62,827 nucleotides of DNA, filler included, from Rhabdomonas costata (GCA_019059605.1; 35 parts of 35 records of this genome joined end to end with filler, not necessarily neighbours in it), one strand, 5' to 3'. Counted from the first letter of the whole stretch, positions 36,994 through 49,943 are shown. Notes: generated from the letters alone by a model not told the origin. A program made the numbers and translations.

Positions 36994-39693
36994 CTGAACG
37001 CTTCTGCCCTGCCCGATTTACTCGCTGAGCACCCCTGCCCGGAACCTGAAAAGTTCCAAAAGCCTATGTGACCTTAAGATAGCCACCAAGTAAACTTCTG
37101 ATTTTGCTGCTGCCGTGTTTTAACTCCTCTTTCCTCTTTTTTCTTTTCGTATGCTGTAAAGGTTGTTGGCACAACACCGCAAAACCAAGCACTTTTGTCC
37201 CCAAACAGGTTGCCGCGGCCGGTTGATGTCGTGCCGTTTTCGCCTGGCTTTGGGGGGTGATTTATTCGCCCCATAAAAACCTGAAGGTGCTTATTGTTGG
37301 TGGATAATCTGGGTGCAGGTCTGGGCTTATTGCGCACCGCGGGGGCCCAGGCAAACATCGGTGACCCGATTTCCACCCATCATCCATTGGGAAGAGAGGG
37401 AGCCCACACCTTCGAAAGAAGAAGGTGAACGGTCTGGGGTGGATATGCTCCGCCTCCACCGCGCTGGCAGCTGCAGGGCGCGAAAGGTTTCGGGCCGACG
37501 CTTTGGTCACCGGTGCGCGCTAAGGCGGAGCGAAAAGAAGAGGAAGAAGAAATGATAACCCGCCAGGAGCATCGCTGATATCACACACTACAAACGGAGT
37601 GTGGTATGCACCGATACGATACTAAACTGCATTAATATTGCAGAATAATCCTCACTGCGCATCCCCAAACAANNNNNNNNNNNNNNNNNNNNNNNNNNNN
37701 NNNNNNNNNNNNNNNNTTAATTAATTAANNNNNNNNNNNNNNNNNNNNNNNNNNNNNNNNNNNNNNNNNNNNGGTGGGGTGGGCGGGAGGACTGTGTCTC
37801 TTGGTATTGGTGTCTCCCAGCACGTTTCCCACGGGTGCTGAAAGCAGAGACAAAAGAGTCAAAGGGCTCGAGACGATATTTTCCAGAGCGTTTGGGACGC
37901 AAAAATTCTGAACTTTCAAATTAGGAGGGTCTTAGTATGTTCCGGTCGCCCTGCCCTCCTCTCTGGGAATTTCACATTTCCCTGGAAAGCCAACGCTGTT
38001 TGAAGAAGAACGGAAACAACATTAACTGCACAACGGTTTGAGACATGTTACTGCAACTCTCGGAAGCTTGCGCTCAGAAGCTCTTGGATGCCCCCCGTTC
38101 CTCCCCACATAGAAGTATGTGCCCCGCCACCTCCTGTACCGGCGCTCAAGTGTCTGAAGAAGTTCCGCCCGACACGACGCTGGCTTTCGCGCGAACCTTA
38201 TCTATCCATGGGGTTCCTCTGTGCCAACGCGATGTTTAACCCATGAGTTTGGAAAGAACCACATTACAGACAAAAGAGAAAACTGTAGAGATGTGGGAGA
38301 AGTGGTCATCACGCAAGCGAGAGACAACAAAAGAGGAACTCATTGCGAAAAACCTGTGTTTTATTTGTTGGGTGTTTTTTTTGTTCGGTGCTTCTTTTTT
38401 TGAACGCTCGCTTTGAGCCGTCGCTCTCTCCCGGCTCTTAATCACTGCGAACGGTGTTCTCGTGTTTCAGTTTCCGAGTCCAGTATAGTTTCCGTTCTTT
38501 TTAATGACACTGACTTCATCCGTTTCGGCTCCTTTTTGCAGAAAATTTTCTCATTTACAAGTGGCACACTCCGACACCGACACCGGAAACACGACACCAA
38601 AAAAAGACTTATCCTGCGCAATGAGCACAGTCAGTACGCCACGCTGTGCACGCCTGAAACGGGAGCCGACAACTCCGCCGTAGAACCCAAATCAATACTG
38701 TCAGAAGGGGTGGCGTTTTGCACAGCCGTGGGCTGCAGCCGCTGCCGCAGGCGGCGGGTAGCGTGGTCCAGCTGCAGGGCCAAAAGCATCTCCTCGGGGC
38801 TTGGGGTGGTGCGCAAGGGGCGAGTCTCGGCACCCTGCATCGCCGCCCGCAACCATGTGCGAAAGCGTGGCAAACATAGGCTCCTCCATATAAAACAGAA
38901 ATCAGAGGATCAAAGAGGGGACCTTCTTCATTCCCAACTGCCCGGAAACCGGTATACCACAACCTTTACTCCGATAATAACTTGCAGATTTACGGTCTCA
39001 GACGTCGTTTTTGTCTGCTGGTGGCAAGAAAAAGAGCTTCCTCAAAAAGGCCTCACGGAGCGACCCGTCTCCCCAATGCCTTCATCCAAACAAGCCAAAA
39101 TGGAATCAGGCGGGAAAAAGCTTTTCTTAATGGCAGGGGGAATGTCACCACAACTATCAAGCGAATACCTACCCTTGCTCCTTCATTTTGGTCCCATGCC
39201 GGCACCCTCTCCCCCAAGTCCAGCTATCCCTGGTTTCCCCCGGATTTTTACCCCTTCTTTCATCCCTGCCTCCCACCCTGGTTTATTGTCGGTCGGTTTT
39301 TCTGAAGAATACAATTTTCAGTTTAGAACTGTACATAGTGCCCCTTGTTTTGTTTCGTCGTTTGCATTGTGTGACTGGGCTTCTCCCAATTTGCTTTCAC
39401 ACAAACAAAATGGACCGTACCGGCTCGGCAGGTGGAACGCTGACCGGAAAGTACATCCCCAGTTCCCCNNNNNNNNNNNNNNNNNNNNNNNNNNNNNNNN
39501 NNNNNNNNNNNNTTAATTAATTAANNNNNNNNNNNNNNNNNNNNNNNNNNNNNNNNNNNNNNNNNNNNGGGTTTCCTTCCTATTCTTCCTTCTTCCCATT
39601 TTTTAGTGGCAGGGACGAAGGTTGTGCATGGGAAATGGCTCTTGTTTCCAGCTCTTTTAACGTTAGATTGATTACAGAGTGAAGAGGTGCATC

Positions 39694-41255
39694 GTTGGGA
39701 TCGTCTTATGAAGGTTAACCCCGCACTGCTCCATGCACCCTTACACAGAATGACTGCGAGTGCGGCAATGCGTCATCGTGTGCCTGTGATATGCTTGTTT
39801 TTTTGTGTGAGTCTGTGTGGGAAAGCGTTTTGCGCTCCTGCCCCACGATTCTGCAGTGCCCATTTTTTCTTTTGTTTTCTTTCTTTTCTTTTCTTTCTTT
39901 CTACTCTTTAGGTTTTTCCTCTCCCCTGCCCCCTTTCAGGGGACGTTGTTCTCTCGTGCCTTCCGGCCGACCTGCGATTCTGTACCACTTTAGCCACTAC
40001 GCCCCTTCGGTTACCCACTCCCAATGTCTTCGGCCTCTTTCCTCTCCTTCTCGTCAACTTCACCGCTGACCGCCAGTTTTGTGAGCGATTACGGGCACCT
40101 GCTGCGTTGCGTGGTACTGGCCATGCTGGTTTCCTCGCTGGCAAGCAGCCAGGGTTGTCTCTCTTCGTTTGCTCTGTATCCCGGAGGTCTTTCCCGTGTA
40201 ATGGCAGGGCTGTTGCTGTGATGCAGGGACTTTCTGAGACAAAAAACTGCGTTTTCCGTGGGGTGAGCTCAAGATGAGCTTGGGACGAGACGAGTGCACC
40301 TGGAGTTGCGTGGTGAGAGAAGCCAAGGCAATCCTGCCTTTTCGAATTGACGTAGGCCCCCTGTGCTTCTGAGGAAGTGTCAGCTGGATTGATCCATCGA
40401 GCCGGTCTAGTTAATTAGCTGCGAAAGCGGAAAAAAAGTACTTGATGAGAAGATGCACACGTGGACCTTCTTTCATGTTAGCATCGTTGATTGGATCCTT
40501 TCTTCTCAGAGCATCGCACGGGCGTCGCGGCTGTGGTGGTGCGGCTCGGTGCGGTGGGCCCGCCCTTGGGTGTCGGAGTGGTCCCTGGCGGCCCGCAGAG
40601 CTGTGGTCTCTGTCCTCTGTGCTTTGTTTGTGTTTCGATTGTGTGCTAATGTTTGTTGGGTGAGCTACTACATGTATGTAGCGGAAGGAGGGTCTATTTG
40701 GAATCTCACTGGGACCACCTCACATGCGCACTTGTGTGCAGAGAATTTCCAACCGTGGTTTAATACACCACTGAGGTTTCTCAATGCTTCCGCGCACCAG
40801 GAGAGAGGTGATCCGCATCCCCCAGACGCATCCATCATTTATTTAATGATGCTTCTTGCACGGAATGCGTCTGGGTGGGTTGGTGCTAGCACGGCGGGAG
40901 GGTGCTAAATCGTGAAGGGGATGCTTTGCGTACTCTAAGAAGGGGCGTAGTGGCTAAAGTGGTACAGAATCGCAGGTCGGCCGGAAGGCACGAGAGAACA
41001 ACGTCCCCTGAAAGGGGGCAGGGGAGAGGAAAAACCTAAAGAGTAGAAAGAAAGAAAAGAAAAGAAAGAAAACAAAAGAAAAAATGGGCACTGCAGAATC
41101 GTGGGGCAGGAGCGCAAAACGCTTTCCCACACAGACTCACACACAAAAAAACAAGCATATCACAGGCACACGATGACGCATTGCCGCACTCGCAGTCATT
41201 CTGTGTAAGGGTGCATGGAGCAGTGCGGGGTTAACCTTCATAAGACGATCCCAAC
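39694..41255. repeat. ~315-bp near-perfect inverted repeat with ~930-bp spacer
   Basis: 39694-40008 is the reverse complement of 40939-41255; the only difference I noticed is one extra GT unit. Confidence 0.95.
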
Positions 41256-41494
41256 CCCTCTTCTCTNNNNNNNNNNNNNNNNNNNNNNNNNNNNNNNNNN
41301 NNNNNNNNNNTTAATTAATTAANNNNNNNNNNNNNNNNNNNNNNNNNNNNNNNNNNNNNNNNNNNNTTGTTGGGGGGTCACGATGTTGTTGTTGTTGTTC
41401 TTGTCAGAGTGAAGCGGGGTCACTGAATTGTTGGATGACTGATCTCTCAATGAGATCTGTCCCCACTCACTGTGACTGTATCTGTGCTGAAAAG

Positions 41495-41794
41495 GTTGTC
41501 CGTCACAAGATGGCCGAGCTGAAGACCGAGCTCGCCGTGGGACGGACCTTTCTTGACAAATGTGTGGAGCTTCATTTGCACGGAAAGCTGGACTCTGCCA
41601 CCGCCTCTATGGCGAAATATTGGCTGACAGAGCTGCAGGGCAGGGCCCTGGACCTGGCCGTGCAGCTGCACGGCGGCGCAGGGTACGCGTGGGAGTACGA
41701 CGTCTGCCGGGGCTACGCCGACGCCCGGGTGCAGCGAATCTATGGAGGGGCCAATGAGGTCATGAAGGAGTTGATCGGCCGCACTATTTTTTAG
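41495..41794 (+). CDS. Acyl-CoA dehydrogenase (long-chain/ACADL-like), terminal exon
   Basis: ASMAKYW..AVQLHGGAGYAWEYDVCRGYADARVQRIYGGANEVMKELIGR, the ACAD C-terminal signature; AAAG acceptor, TAG stop. Confidence 0.95.
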   Translation, partial: VVRHKMAELKTELAVGRTFLDKCVELHLHGKLDSATASMAKYWLTELQGRALDLAVQLHGGAGYAWEYDVCRGYADARVQRIYGGANEVMKELIGRTIF

Positions 41795-42418
41795 GACACT
41801 TGGGGCAGATGGAAGAAGGCGGTGGCAACTTTTTCACTCGATCAAAAGTAGGCGTGCCTTTTGGTTTGTGCGAAATATGTATATAAGTGTGCATCACTAT
41901 CCACCTCAAAAATCACGGATGCTGCTTTTCAAGCTGTACATTGTTGTCACACACAACTGGCCTTTGGGCACCTGCGTCCTATCGGTGTAACTAGCAGACA
42001 AAAAAGTGTCGCCGGGTGGGGACACATCGACACAATCCTATAGCAATGGTGTTTGCCACGTATGTGTCCGCGAGCTTTTCAGTGTGGACTCAATGTTGCC
42101 CCAATTTTTGATGTTGCTGTTAGCAACTAACATATTGTTTGGTGAAAACAGAAGAGCGCAAATGCAATGTTAAAACAAAAACCTACGTGTGTGTGTGTGT
42201 CTTTCTTTTCTGTCGTTACATCGCACAAACACACACAAACGCTAACAAATAGACACTACTGTCCCTAAGTGAAAGTATAAAACCCGGCGCCTGTTGGTGT
42301 CTTTTGCTTCTAATTTCAGAGTTTCTGCTTCTCTTCCATTTTGGGCTCTTCATGGTGAACAGATGATTGTGTTGTGAATTTTTCCATTTTTTCCTTTTTT
42401 TATTTCTTCTTCTGCGGG

Positions 42419-43064
42419 ATGCCGCTCCCAACCTGTGAGTGCACTATTCCCTTCCGGGGTGTCGTGATCATCCTGACGGCAGGCATAATTATCGCTTCCG
42501 CCGTCTCGGTGTACTCCTCGCTGGTGGTGTACGGGTTTAACGCCCGTGTGCTATCATCCCGAAACAACGGCGCGCTAGCTGCGACCTGCGTGCAGAATGC
42601 CCTGCAGTACCTCTCTCGACAGGTGCAGCAGCTTCTGCTGTACCACTCCATCACAATGTCAATGGCGCTGAGCTCAGTCTCTGCTACCACCCCGGGCTCG
42701 GCAGCAGAGACTTTGGCCATTTCCACGCTAGTCGCCCTGCACGACAGCCGGGTGTTCGGCACCACGTGGGCCACCACCACCTTGGCCTGCGCTCTACCGA
42801 CAGGGGAAACCCTGTGCTTTCTGGACACCCCGTCGCAGCAGCTGTGGTACCTGTACCGCAATTCCTCCGTGACGGGAGGCCGGTGGAAAGGGGGCATCCC
42901 AGCCTCCGTTGAGCCTGCTCCAGGGCAAATGACCCAGGTGTGTGGCCCGCAGGGCAGAAAGGACGGCTGGGACACTGCCTCGAAGACTCTGTCCGCAAGT
43001 CAGACCGTTGGCAACCTCACCTGCACTATGAGCACCGGACTGTCCACCCTCGTCAACCACCACA
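42419..43064 (+). CDS. Membrane-anchored receptor-like protein N-terminus (possible 66-nt intron 42938-43003)
   Basis: ATG, hydrophobic VVIILTAGIIIASAVSVYSSLVVY, then an open GC3-rich frame to the contig end. Confidence 0.65.
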
Positions 43065-43453
43065 NNNNNNNNNNNNNNNNNNNNNNNNNNNNNNNNNNNN
43101 NNNNNNNNTTAATTAATTAANNNNNNNNNNNNNNNNNNNNNNNNNNNNNNNNNNNNNNNNNNNNGTGTTGTGGTGTGAAGTGGCTGCAGCGATGGTTTCG
43201 ACTACGCTTGAATCAGCGGGAGGATGCACTGGCAAAGGTTTCTGTTTCGTTTGTTTTGTTTCCCGCCCTGGAGCGGACCGTTGTGGTGCTGTTTCATATG
43301 ATTGCCAATTAAAAGATCAGATATGATGCAGTCGGGAATTGACGGTGCGCCTGCAGACTCCAGTTTTTCTCGCGTTCTATTCTGTGGTTTCATTGGTTTG
43401 ATTCAGCTCCACGCTCCGGTCAGGATCCGTCACACTTTTGGTTGTCTGCTTAG

Positions 43454-44605
43454 GTTTTGGAGCGGTGGATCCGCTTGGAGGACGTGCAACGAAAATCCAT
43501 GAAAATGCAGCTCTATCGCGACATCCCGTATGTTTCCATCCCGCCCTTTGTGTGTTTTGTGCGTTCTTCATATTTTTATTTCGAGGGCTTCCTGTTTGCA
43601 TTCTCTTTAAAATTCAACGCGATTACCTTGCTCCCCATAAAGCGCAAGTTGGAAGCATATATGCTGCAAACTTGCTTTCCGGGAAACGTTTCTGTCCATT
43701 CCCGTTTGGCCATTGTTTCGTTTCCGTCGATGGTAATTGAGGTTGCAAATTTATGTGCAGCAACTGCACATAAATTGATCACCAAACATTAAGGACACCG
43801 TATGACTTCTGGAATTTTCAAGTTATTTGCACCAGATTTCGGTTTTAATTGTTCAGAACTCGTAAAGATGCTTGTCGAGGCATGATCGAGACCTACGTCT
43901 CCAAGCTCAACGTCAGCATAGACCGCAAGAAACTCGCGGTCCGGTGCTTGTACTGGGACAGAAGGTTCGCATATTTTGGTTTTTCCGCTTCGACATGATG
44001 AATTTTATCCCCCGTTCAACACTGAATTTTGTTGCTATTCAATGAGAATGATGATGGGTTGAACCCCCCCCCCCTCTTTCGCAAATGTCCCTTGGGAATG
44101 CCGTAGAACTCTTCGCAGGGGGCGATGAGCGTTTTCCAACGGGTTCCAATTTTACACTGAGTTAGCATTTCGGAGGCGCTCCGCGGCCAGATACTGTCAA
44201 AAGAGGGTGGTCCCCACACACACTTTACATTAAAGCGGTCGTCGATGTCTCCGACGGCGTTTCGAGTGCTGGAGCGGTGTTTGACTGGCGATTAGATGAA
44301 ACAGTATCTGAGGAGGAACGAATCTGCACGCATGCCGTTCTATTTTCAAATTTTTCAGCGCGAAGTTTCGAGAAGAGTTTCACGAGTGGTGGGTGTCGTA
44401 CGTCGGGTTGAGGGCTCGTTTGGCCACTCTGGAGGCGGAGCGCCGTGGGACCCTTGACGCCAAGGCGACCAAGCCTCTGGAGGAGAAGCTGCAAGCGCTG
44501 CGCTCCACCCTAAAGCAGAAGAACCAACTCCGCCCTGTGTTTCCATTCAACATCTCGTGCAACTCTTTTCGAAGTCTTCTCACTTGTCTGGAGCGGAGGG
44601 CAGAG
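43454..44605 (+). CDS. Unknown helical/coiled-coil protein; exons 43454-43527, 43857-43943, 44359-44605
   Basis: Two phase-2 GT-AG joins give a continuous frame VLERWIRLEDVQRK..RDIPTRKDACRGMIETY..KLAVRAKFREEFHEWW..LEEKLQALR. Confidence 0.65.
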
Positions 44606-44957
44606 GTGATGCCCCTTCTTCTGCCATACTGGACCCCATACACAAACTCTCAGCAAAGGTGATGCATCACCCCCGGTAGGGGAAGAGAGCAGCAACCAGA
44701 CGCAATCAAGAAGATCACTCCAGAAGAATGCCCGGGAAAGTTCTGAGATATAGCGCCACCACAGTACAGCACACGGGCAAGGTCGCCATCTTCCCAGGCG
44801 ACAAAAAAGGCACTTTATTGTATGGGAGAATGTTTTGCACGGTACAAACACACACACNNNNNNNNNNNNNNNNNNNNNNNNNNNNNNNNNNNNNNNNNNN
44901 NTTAATTAATTAANNNNNNNNNNNNNNNNNNNNNNNNNNNNNNNNNNNNNNNNNNNN

Positions 44958-45029
44958 TAAAAACGGGTAAAAAAGATTTCTGTTCGGAGTGTTAGAATAA
45001 CCTCTCTCAGTTTCCGGGTGGAGCTAGCC
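44958..45029 (-). mobile_element. MITE-like element end, truncated by contig edge
   Basis: ..gttcggagtgtta..tctctcagtttccgggtggagctagcc matches 36360-36428. Confidence 0.75.
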
Positions 45030-45763
45030 TTGCATTTTACGGGGACACTGCAGTAGAAACAAGGTGGGAAGCCTTACCCTTTCAAATCCTTAATGCGGAG
45101 CACCCACCCGTGTTACAGACTCATAATACACTGTCGCATACAAACTTATAATACACTGCCCCACTCACCCAAACCAAGAGAGAGAGAGAAATAGAGAGAG
45201 CGAAACTACACCATACCGCTCATCGCAGGTTCTCTTGTGGTTTGCAACGGACAACTCCAGATCAAAGAGCTTTGCCTGTTGTGCAAACAGTGAGCGCCCC
45301 TAAAACCAATATGGACAATATGGGCGGCTGTAAAGGCGGCTTCTGTTGTGGTTTTGACACTGCGCCAGAGCCAGCATGGGAAAGGCCGAGTTGTAACAGC
45401 CTTTCCGTTTCGCTCAGTGGCGAGGGTCCTTCAAAATCAAAAAATATAAACTTTTTGAAACACAAACGAGCAAGGTGGGGAACCCGCCAAGGCGGGTTCT
45501 ATTTGCGCTCGCAAAGAATATAAAGGAAACGTGGGCGGCGGAATAGAGAAGAGACCACGAAATAATGGCAACCCTATGGCTGGACAAAAATCAAAGCCCC
45601 GATTCCCCGGGAGCCACCGGGAAAACGGTGCGGGCCCGAATTCCCGACGGCCATCAGGAGGGATCCCCACAGCCCTGGAGCCGGAGGTGGATTCCCTGGT
45701 TTGCCTCACTTTTGTCTTCGCATCCTGTGTCAACACACTCAGAGTGACGAGATGTGACGTTAC

Positions 45764-46655
45764 CTGAAGCTTCTCGGAGACATCGGCTTGAAAGTCCTCC
45801 AGGTCAGCACTGGAGGGGGCGGGCGGGGAAGGAGACACAGCGAACGGCCGTGCGGACGTCCGCTCGGCAACATAGTACTTCGCCTGCAGCTCCAGCACTT
45901 GGTTCCGGAGAGATTGCTCTGCGGCCCTCCACTCACTCATCTGCCCCCCCCCCACACACACAATCACAAACATTGCGAGCACGCGGCAGTGTCATTGAGG
46001 TTCTCTTTCCTCCTGCAGCGTGCTTTCCGCTCTCGAGGGCGCGGATAACCCCGCTTATCACCTCTCACTGCTGGTATAGGCCTTTGGGAACTCCAGCGAC
46101 ACTTGACGCATCTAACTGGAATTTTGACGAAACTTCACGTCTCTTCGCTTGCTCTCCTCATCTCTGCTGACCTTTACAAACGAGAGGAAGAAATCTCGCT
46201 GCCAACCCATGAGTGCTCCTTAAATTGAAATGGCCACACCTCCCTTCCAATTCTGGCTACTTTCCTTCCCCGCGTTATGCGAAGTTGTTCTATTCTGTTT
46301 TGCAAGCGTGCATATGGAAGCACTGACGTCCTTTCACGGATTAACCAGGTGTTTTACCGTCTTCACGCAGGAATGCGAGAGTGTGTTTGCCCCACCACCT
46401 GCTCACATCATTGCATAAGCTGCATCAAATCACCAAGTGTGCCTTCAGATGAGAGACTCAAAGCAAGTTTAGCCCCACAATGCCGGAGGAGGGGAAGGCT
46501 TCACACCGCCTGTGTAATTTTCTCACTCACCTCCACCTTGGCCGTGGCAAGAAGTTCGCGGTCCCGGATTTCTCGCTTCCCGAGCTCCATGTTGAAGTCC
46601 AGCTGCATGCCATCGAAGGACTCCCGAAGGCTCTCGTACTTGCCCACAACCCCCC
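45764..46655 (-). CDS. Coiled-coil protein; exons contig edge-46531 and 45940-45764
   Basis: KYESLRESFDGMQLDFNMELGKREIRDRELLATAKVE with GTGAGT donor, and MSEWRAAEQSLRNQVLELQAKY..SEKLQ with GTAAC donor; phase 0. Confidence 0.6.
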
Positions 46656-46795
46656 NNNNNNNNNNNNNNNNNNNNNNNNNNNNNNNNNNNNNNNNNNNNT
46701 TAATTAATTAANNNNNNNNNNNNNNNNNNNNNNNNNNNNNNNNNNNNNNNNNNNNCGGCAGGCTATGGCTATAATACCCCAGTATAGCTATTACT

Positions 46796-46882
46796 CGTGT
46801 TCCCTGGGATCCCAATAAGAGCTTTTGCAGGGGGTTAGAGGGCGATGCACGTGTTCCGTGGGATTTCAATAGAAGATTTTGC
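46796..46882. repeat. ~54-bp satellite, same family as 14520-14650
   Basis: cgtgttcc(c/g)tgggat..aata..tttgc twice, 54 nt apart, with tgcagggggttagagggcgatgc between. Confidence 0.75.
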
Positions 46883-48010
46883 CCTTTTGAAACTACTGCA
46901 TGCTTACTAGTCAGAATTATTGGCTTCGGTGGTGTGTACGAGTAACGCTGTAGAGTAAAACACAATTAGAAACATTTTGCCATTTGTTCATTTCTTCGCC
47001 CTTGTTCATCCTGGAGTGGGCTCATATAACTTTCGGGGAACTTCCATGTCCTTTTAAGGGGGACCGGCATTTCCATGGCCCCCTTTGGGGCATTCTTAGG
47101 TGAACTGTCTTCACTCAGGAAGCCCATGAAGGTTTGTCATAAAGTCCTGTACTCACACCCCCAAATTGTCACTCCAGAGTCACGCAGTTTGGCCGTGAAG
47201 GTCCTGCACCTCGGAAAACACCAAAGGGGGTAATTCCAGCAAACCACTCCAACGCATTGAAAAAATACAAAGCATTCCATCGGAAACTGCCAAGTGGGAT
47301 GTCACAGAGGGGAAGCGCGGACGTTTGGCGTTTCGCGTTTCCCACACAACAACGTAAGCTTTTTTGTTGATTCGTGTTCACAGTCAAAAGTTCTGTTCAG
47401 AACAAACGGTGGCAATGATTGAGTTGCCCTTCGTAAAATTGAAAGTGCAGCGGTCCGCTATCTTAATGGTCCGAAATCTTGTGGCTGACCTCCGTATGCA
47501 TTTGGTTATTCCTCAATCATTACAAGTTTGTGCTTGTGCTTATCAGTAGGCTCGCATGACAGCCCTTTCATTGAATGGGCTGTCATTTCACTGTGAATGG
47601 GCTCCGAAGAGAGAAACAACCACAAACACAGGCGTGGCCTCCCGCAGTGCACACACAGGCCATTTTCGGCGCCTCATGGTCGGGAAAACTGGCAAGGCAT
47701 CCCATTTGGAAAGTGCTGTAGAGTGGGGAGGGGGTTGAGCTGTGGTGAAGCCGCCCGAATGAAAGACTGTTTGATCCGAGGGCAAAGGGTCGGTACAAGA
47801 GCCCGCGACATTGATCAAAACGTTAGCCTTTCACTGTGATTCATTCATTGTTTTTTCTGATGCGGCGTTCCCCTTCTCACGTCACATTCCTTTCGTTATT
47901 CACCAGACCTTCAACTACCCAACCCACAGACTAGTGGACTCCTAACCTGACCCAAACACACACTCATGCGAATGCGCCCGCGCTCCTTTGTGGGCGACTC
48001 CCATTCACAG

Positions 48011-48109
48011 GACTCCTCGGGCAAGACTGCGCTTCACCTCGCCCTGGAGAAGAAGTGGGCGGAGGCCTTCGAGGCCCTGCTCTTCGCGAAGTCTAACCTG
48101 GACCTTCAG
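48011..48109 (+). CDS. Single ankyrin-repeat exon (33 codons, phase 0-0)
   Basis: DSSGKTALHLALEKKWAEAFEALLFAKSNLDLQ; CACAG acceptor, CAG|GTTTCT donor. Confidence 0.88.
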
Positions 48110-48745
48110 GTTTCTGCACGTGAGTGAGTACGGCAAGTGGGCTGCTCCTGTTTGTTTGCTTTGTCGTAGAGAGATTTTTAGAAGCTGTTTTAGACGTTTT
48201 TAAAACTGAAAGCGGATGATTTTTTTGGAAAAGCAATGTATTGCGTCTGCGCGAGCTTTGGTATCCGCGGCATTGCCACAGTGGGCTCCCACTACGGGCA
48301 GTACTGTCTCCGAGCCCCCGCGCCTTTTCGGATTCTCTGCTCTCCATGGGGGTTTTGCCACCGCCCCAATCACACAGGCATCTACCAAGGCACCGATAAA
48401 AAGAGCTGCTTGCCCCTGTAAAGCATTTTGCCAGCGCAGTTCTCCCCCCCAACNNNNNNNNNNNNNNNNNNNNNNNNNNNNNNNNNNNNNNNNNNNNTTA
48501 ATTAATTAANNNNNNNNNNNNNNNNNNNNNNNNNNNNNNNNNNNNNNNNNNNNGTGTTTTTGTTTCTCAAATTTCTAAGGGAACCGCAACGCAACAAAGT
48601 TTGCAGAGTCAAACCCGTAACCTTTTTCTGCCATGTATACGGTCATCTTTCTTATCCAAGTGGAAACGCTTTCCTGTGCTCGTTTTCTCGTGGGCGTGGG
48701 TTTCCTTATTTGAATTGGTGTTTTGGCTGAGTTGCTGTCTTATAG

Positions 48746-49521
48746 GATGCTGGCAGGCTCCAAGAACCCAAGGGCCCAAGGCGATTCTCCGTTTTGGAAT
48801 CGATCTGATGAAACAGCGTGGACCTGTGGCTGGAGGTGCGTCTGCGAGTGCGACAGCTTTCGTCAGTTTTTTTAATTGTTGCTTCGTACATGCTCGTCAC
48901 GCTTTCTGCACAGGAAATTTTGCGATCTGGGGTTTCACGTTTTCTGCGGTGGAATGTTTTTTGATCTTCTACCGAAAGAGGGATGATTGGATGAACTCCA
49001 TTGTGTCTGGAGCGCTGGCAGGGGGTGCCCTGGCTGTGCGAGGTTTCTGCACTCCTTGGCTCCCTTGGACCTGGCTGTTATTGTGGGCATTGGAGGGAGA
49101 TGTTGGAGTGTTCCATCTGTTTTTCTTTATGCGGCCCCTCGCCGCTGTTCTGCGTTTCCACCGTTGCGACACGACACCGTGGTTTCGCAGGTTTCATTTT
49201 ATGGGCTGATTTGGCATGGACCGGTGTAGCTTGTAGTAGTTGCTTGCCTGCTTGCTTTGCGGTTCTTCCTTGTCCATGCGTTGCCCAAGTGCGCAAACAA
49301 GGCAAGTTCTTCAATTCTTCCCTTGCCTATTATTATTATTTTGCAACTTTGCCCTGTGATGTACTATTTTAATGCTTTTGCTTTGACCTTAGTTTCTGCT
49401 TTTCCTGTATATCATTGCCATTTCCTTTCGTACTTGGTACATGTGAACACTTGTGATTGCAGGAGTTAATAGGATTACAGGAGGTAATAGGGGAGGTTGC
49501 CGGCGTGGTCTTGTCGGAGCA

Positions 49522-49563
<42 letters not shown>

Positions 49564-49943
49564 GACTAATGGCTCAAACCTGGTGATAGAAAACAAAAGG
49601 CCCGGTCACCACCTCAATGATGGACCTCATGGTTTGGAAAAAAAAGATAGAAAAATAGGGAAGAATAAGAAAAGAAACAATTTGGTATTAAGATTGACAG
49701 GTTGGTTGGAAAATAGAAGCTGCGGGGCAAGAGGGAGTTGGGTGCACTTTATTTGGCCCAACCTCTTTGTCCGCTGAAAACCTCGTGTTCGCTCTGCTCT
49801 GACCGCGTGCACCTACAGGCGGGAGGAATGCCATGATTAGGTCTGCGCTGTTTGGCGGTGGCCTGCTGGGTTTCATTGAGCTGGGGCAGTACATGTTTTT
49901 GAAGAGCCAGTCCCACCAGCAGCAGCGGATGAAGCACATGGAG
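48746..49943 (+). CDS. TIM17: Mitochondrial inner-membrane translocase Tim17; exons 48746-48835, 48914-49042, 49819-49943
   Basis: Spliced RGPVAGGNFAIWGFTFSAVECFL..RKRDDWMNSIVSGALAGGALAVRGGRNAMIRSALFGGGLLGFIE matches Tim17/22/23 motifs, closest to Tim17. Confidence 0.88.
49525..49560. repeat. (CT)18 microsatellite in a Tim17 intron
   Basis: Direct reading. Confidence 0.97.

Noticed and set aside
42720..42830. Similarity between TLACALPTGETLCF here and LHVCRFETGDPTCY near 52800
   Set aside because: Too short, and the surrounding contexts differ; may be coincidence.
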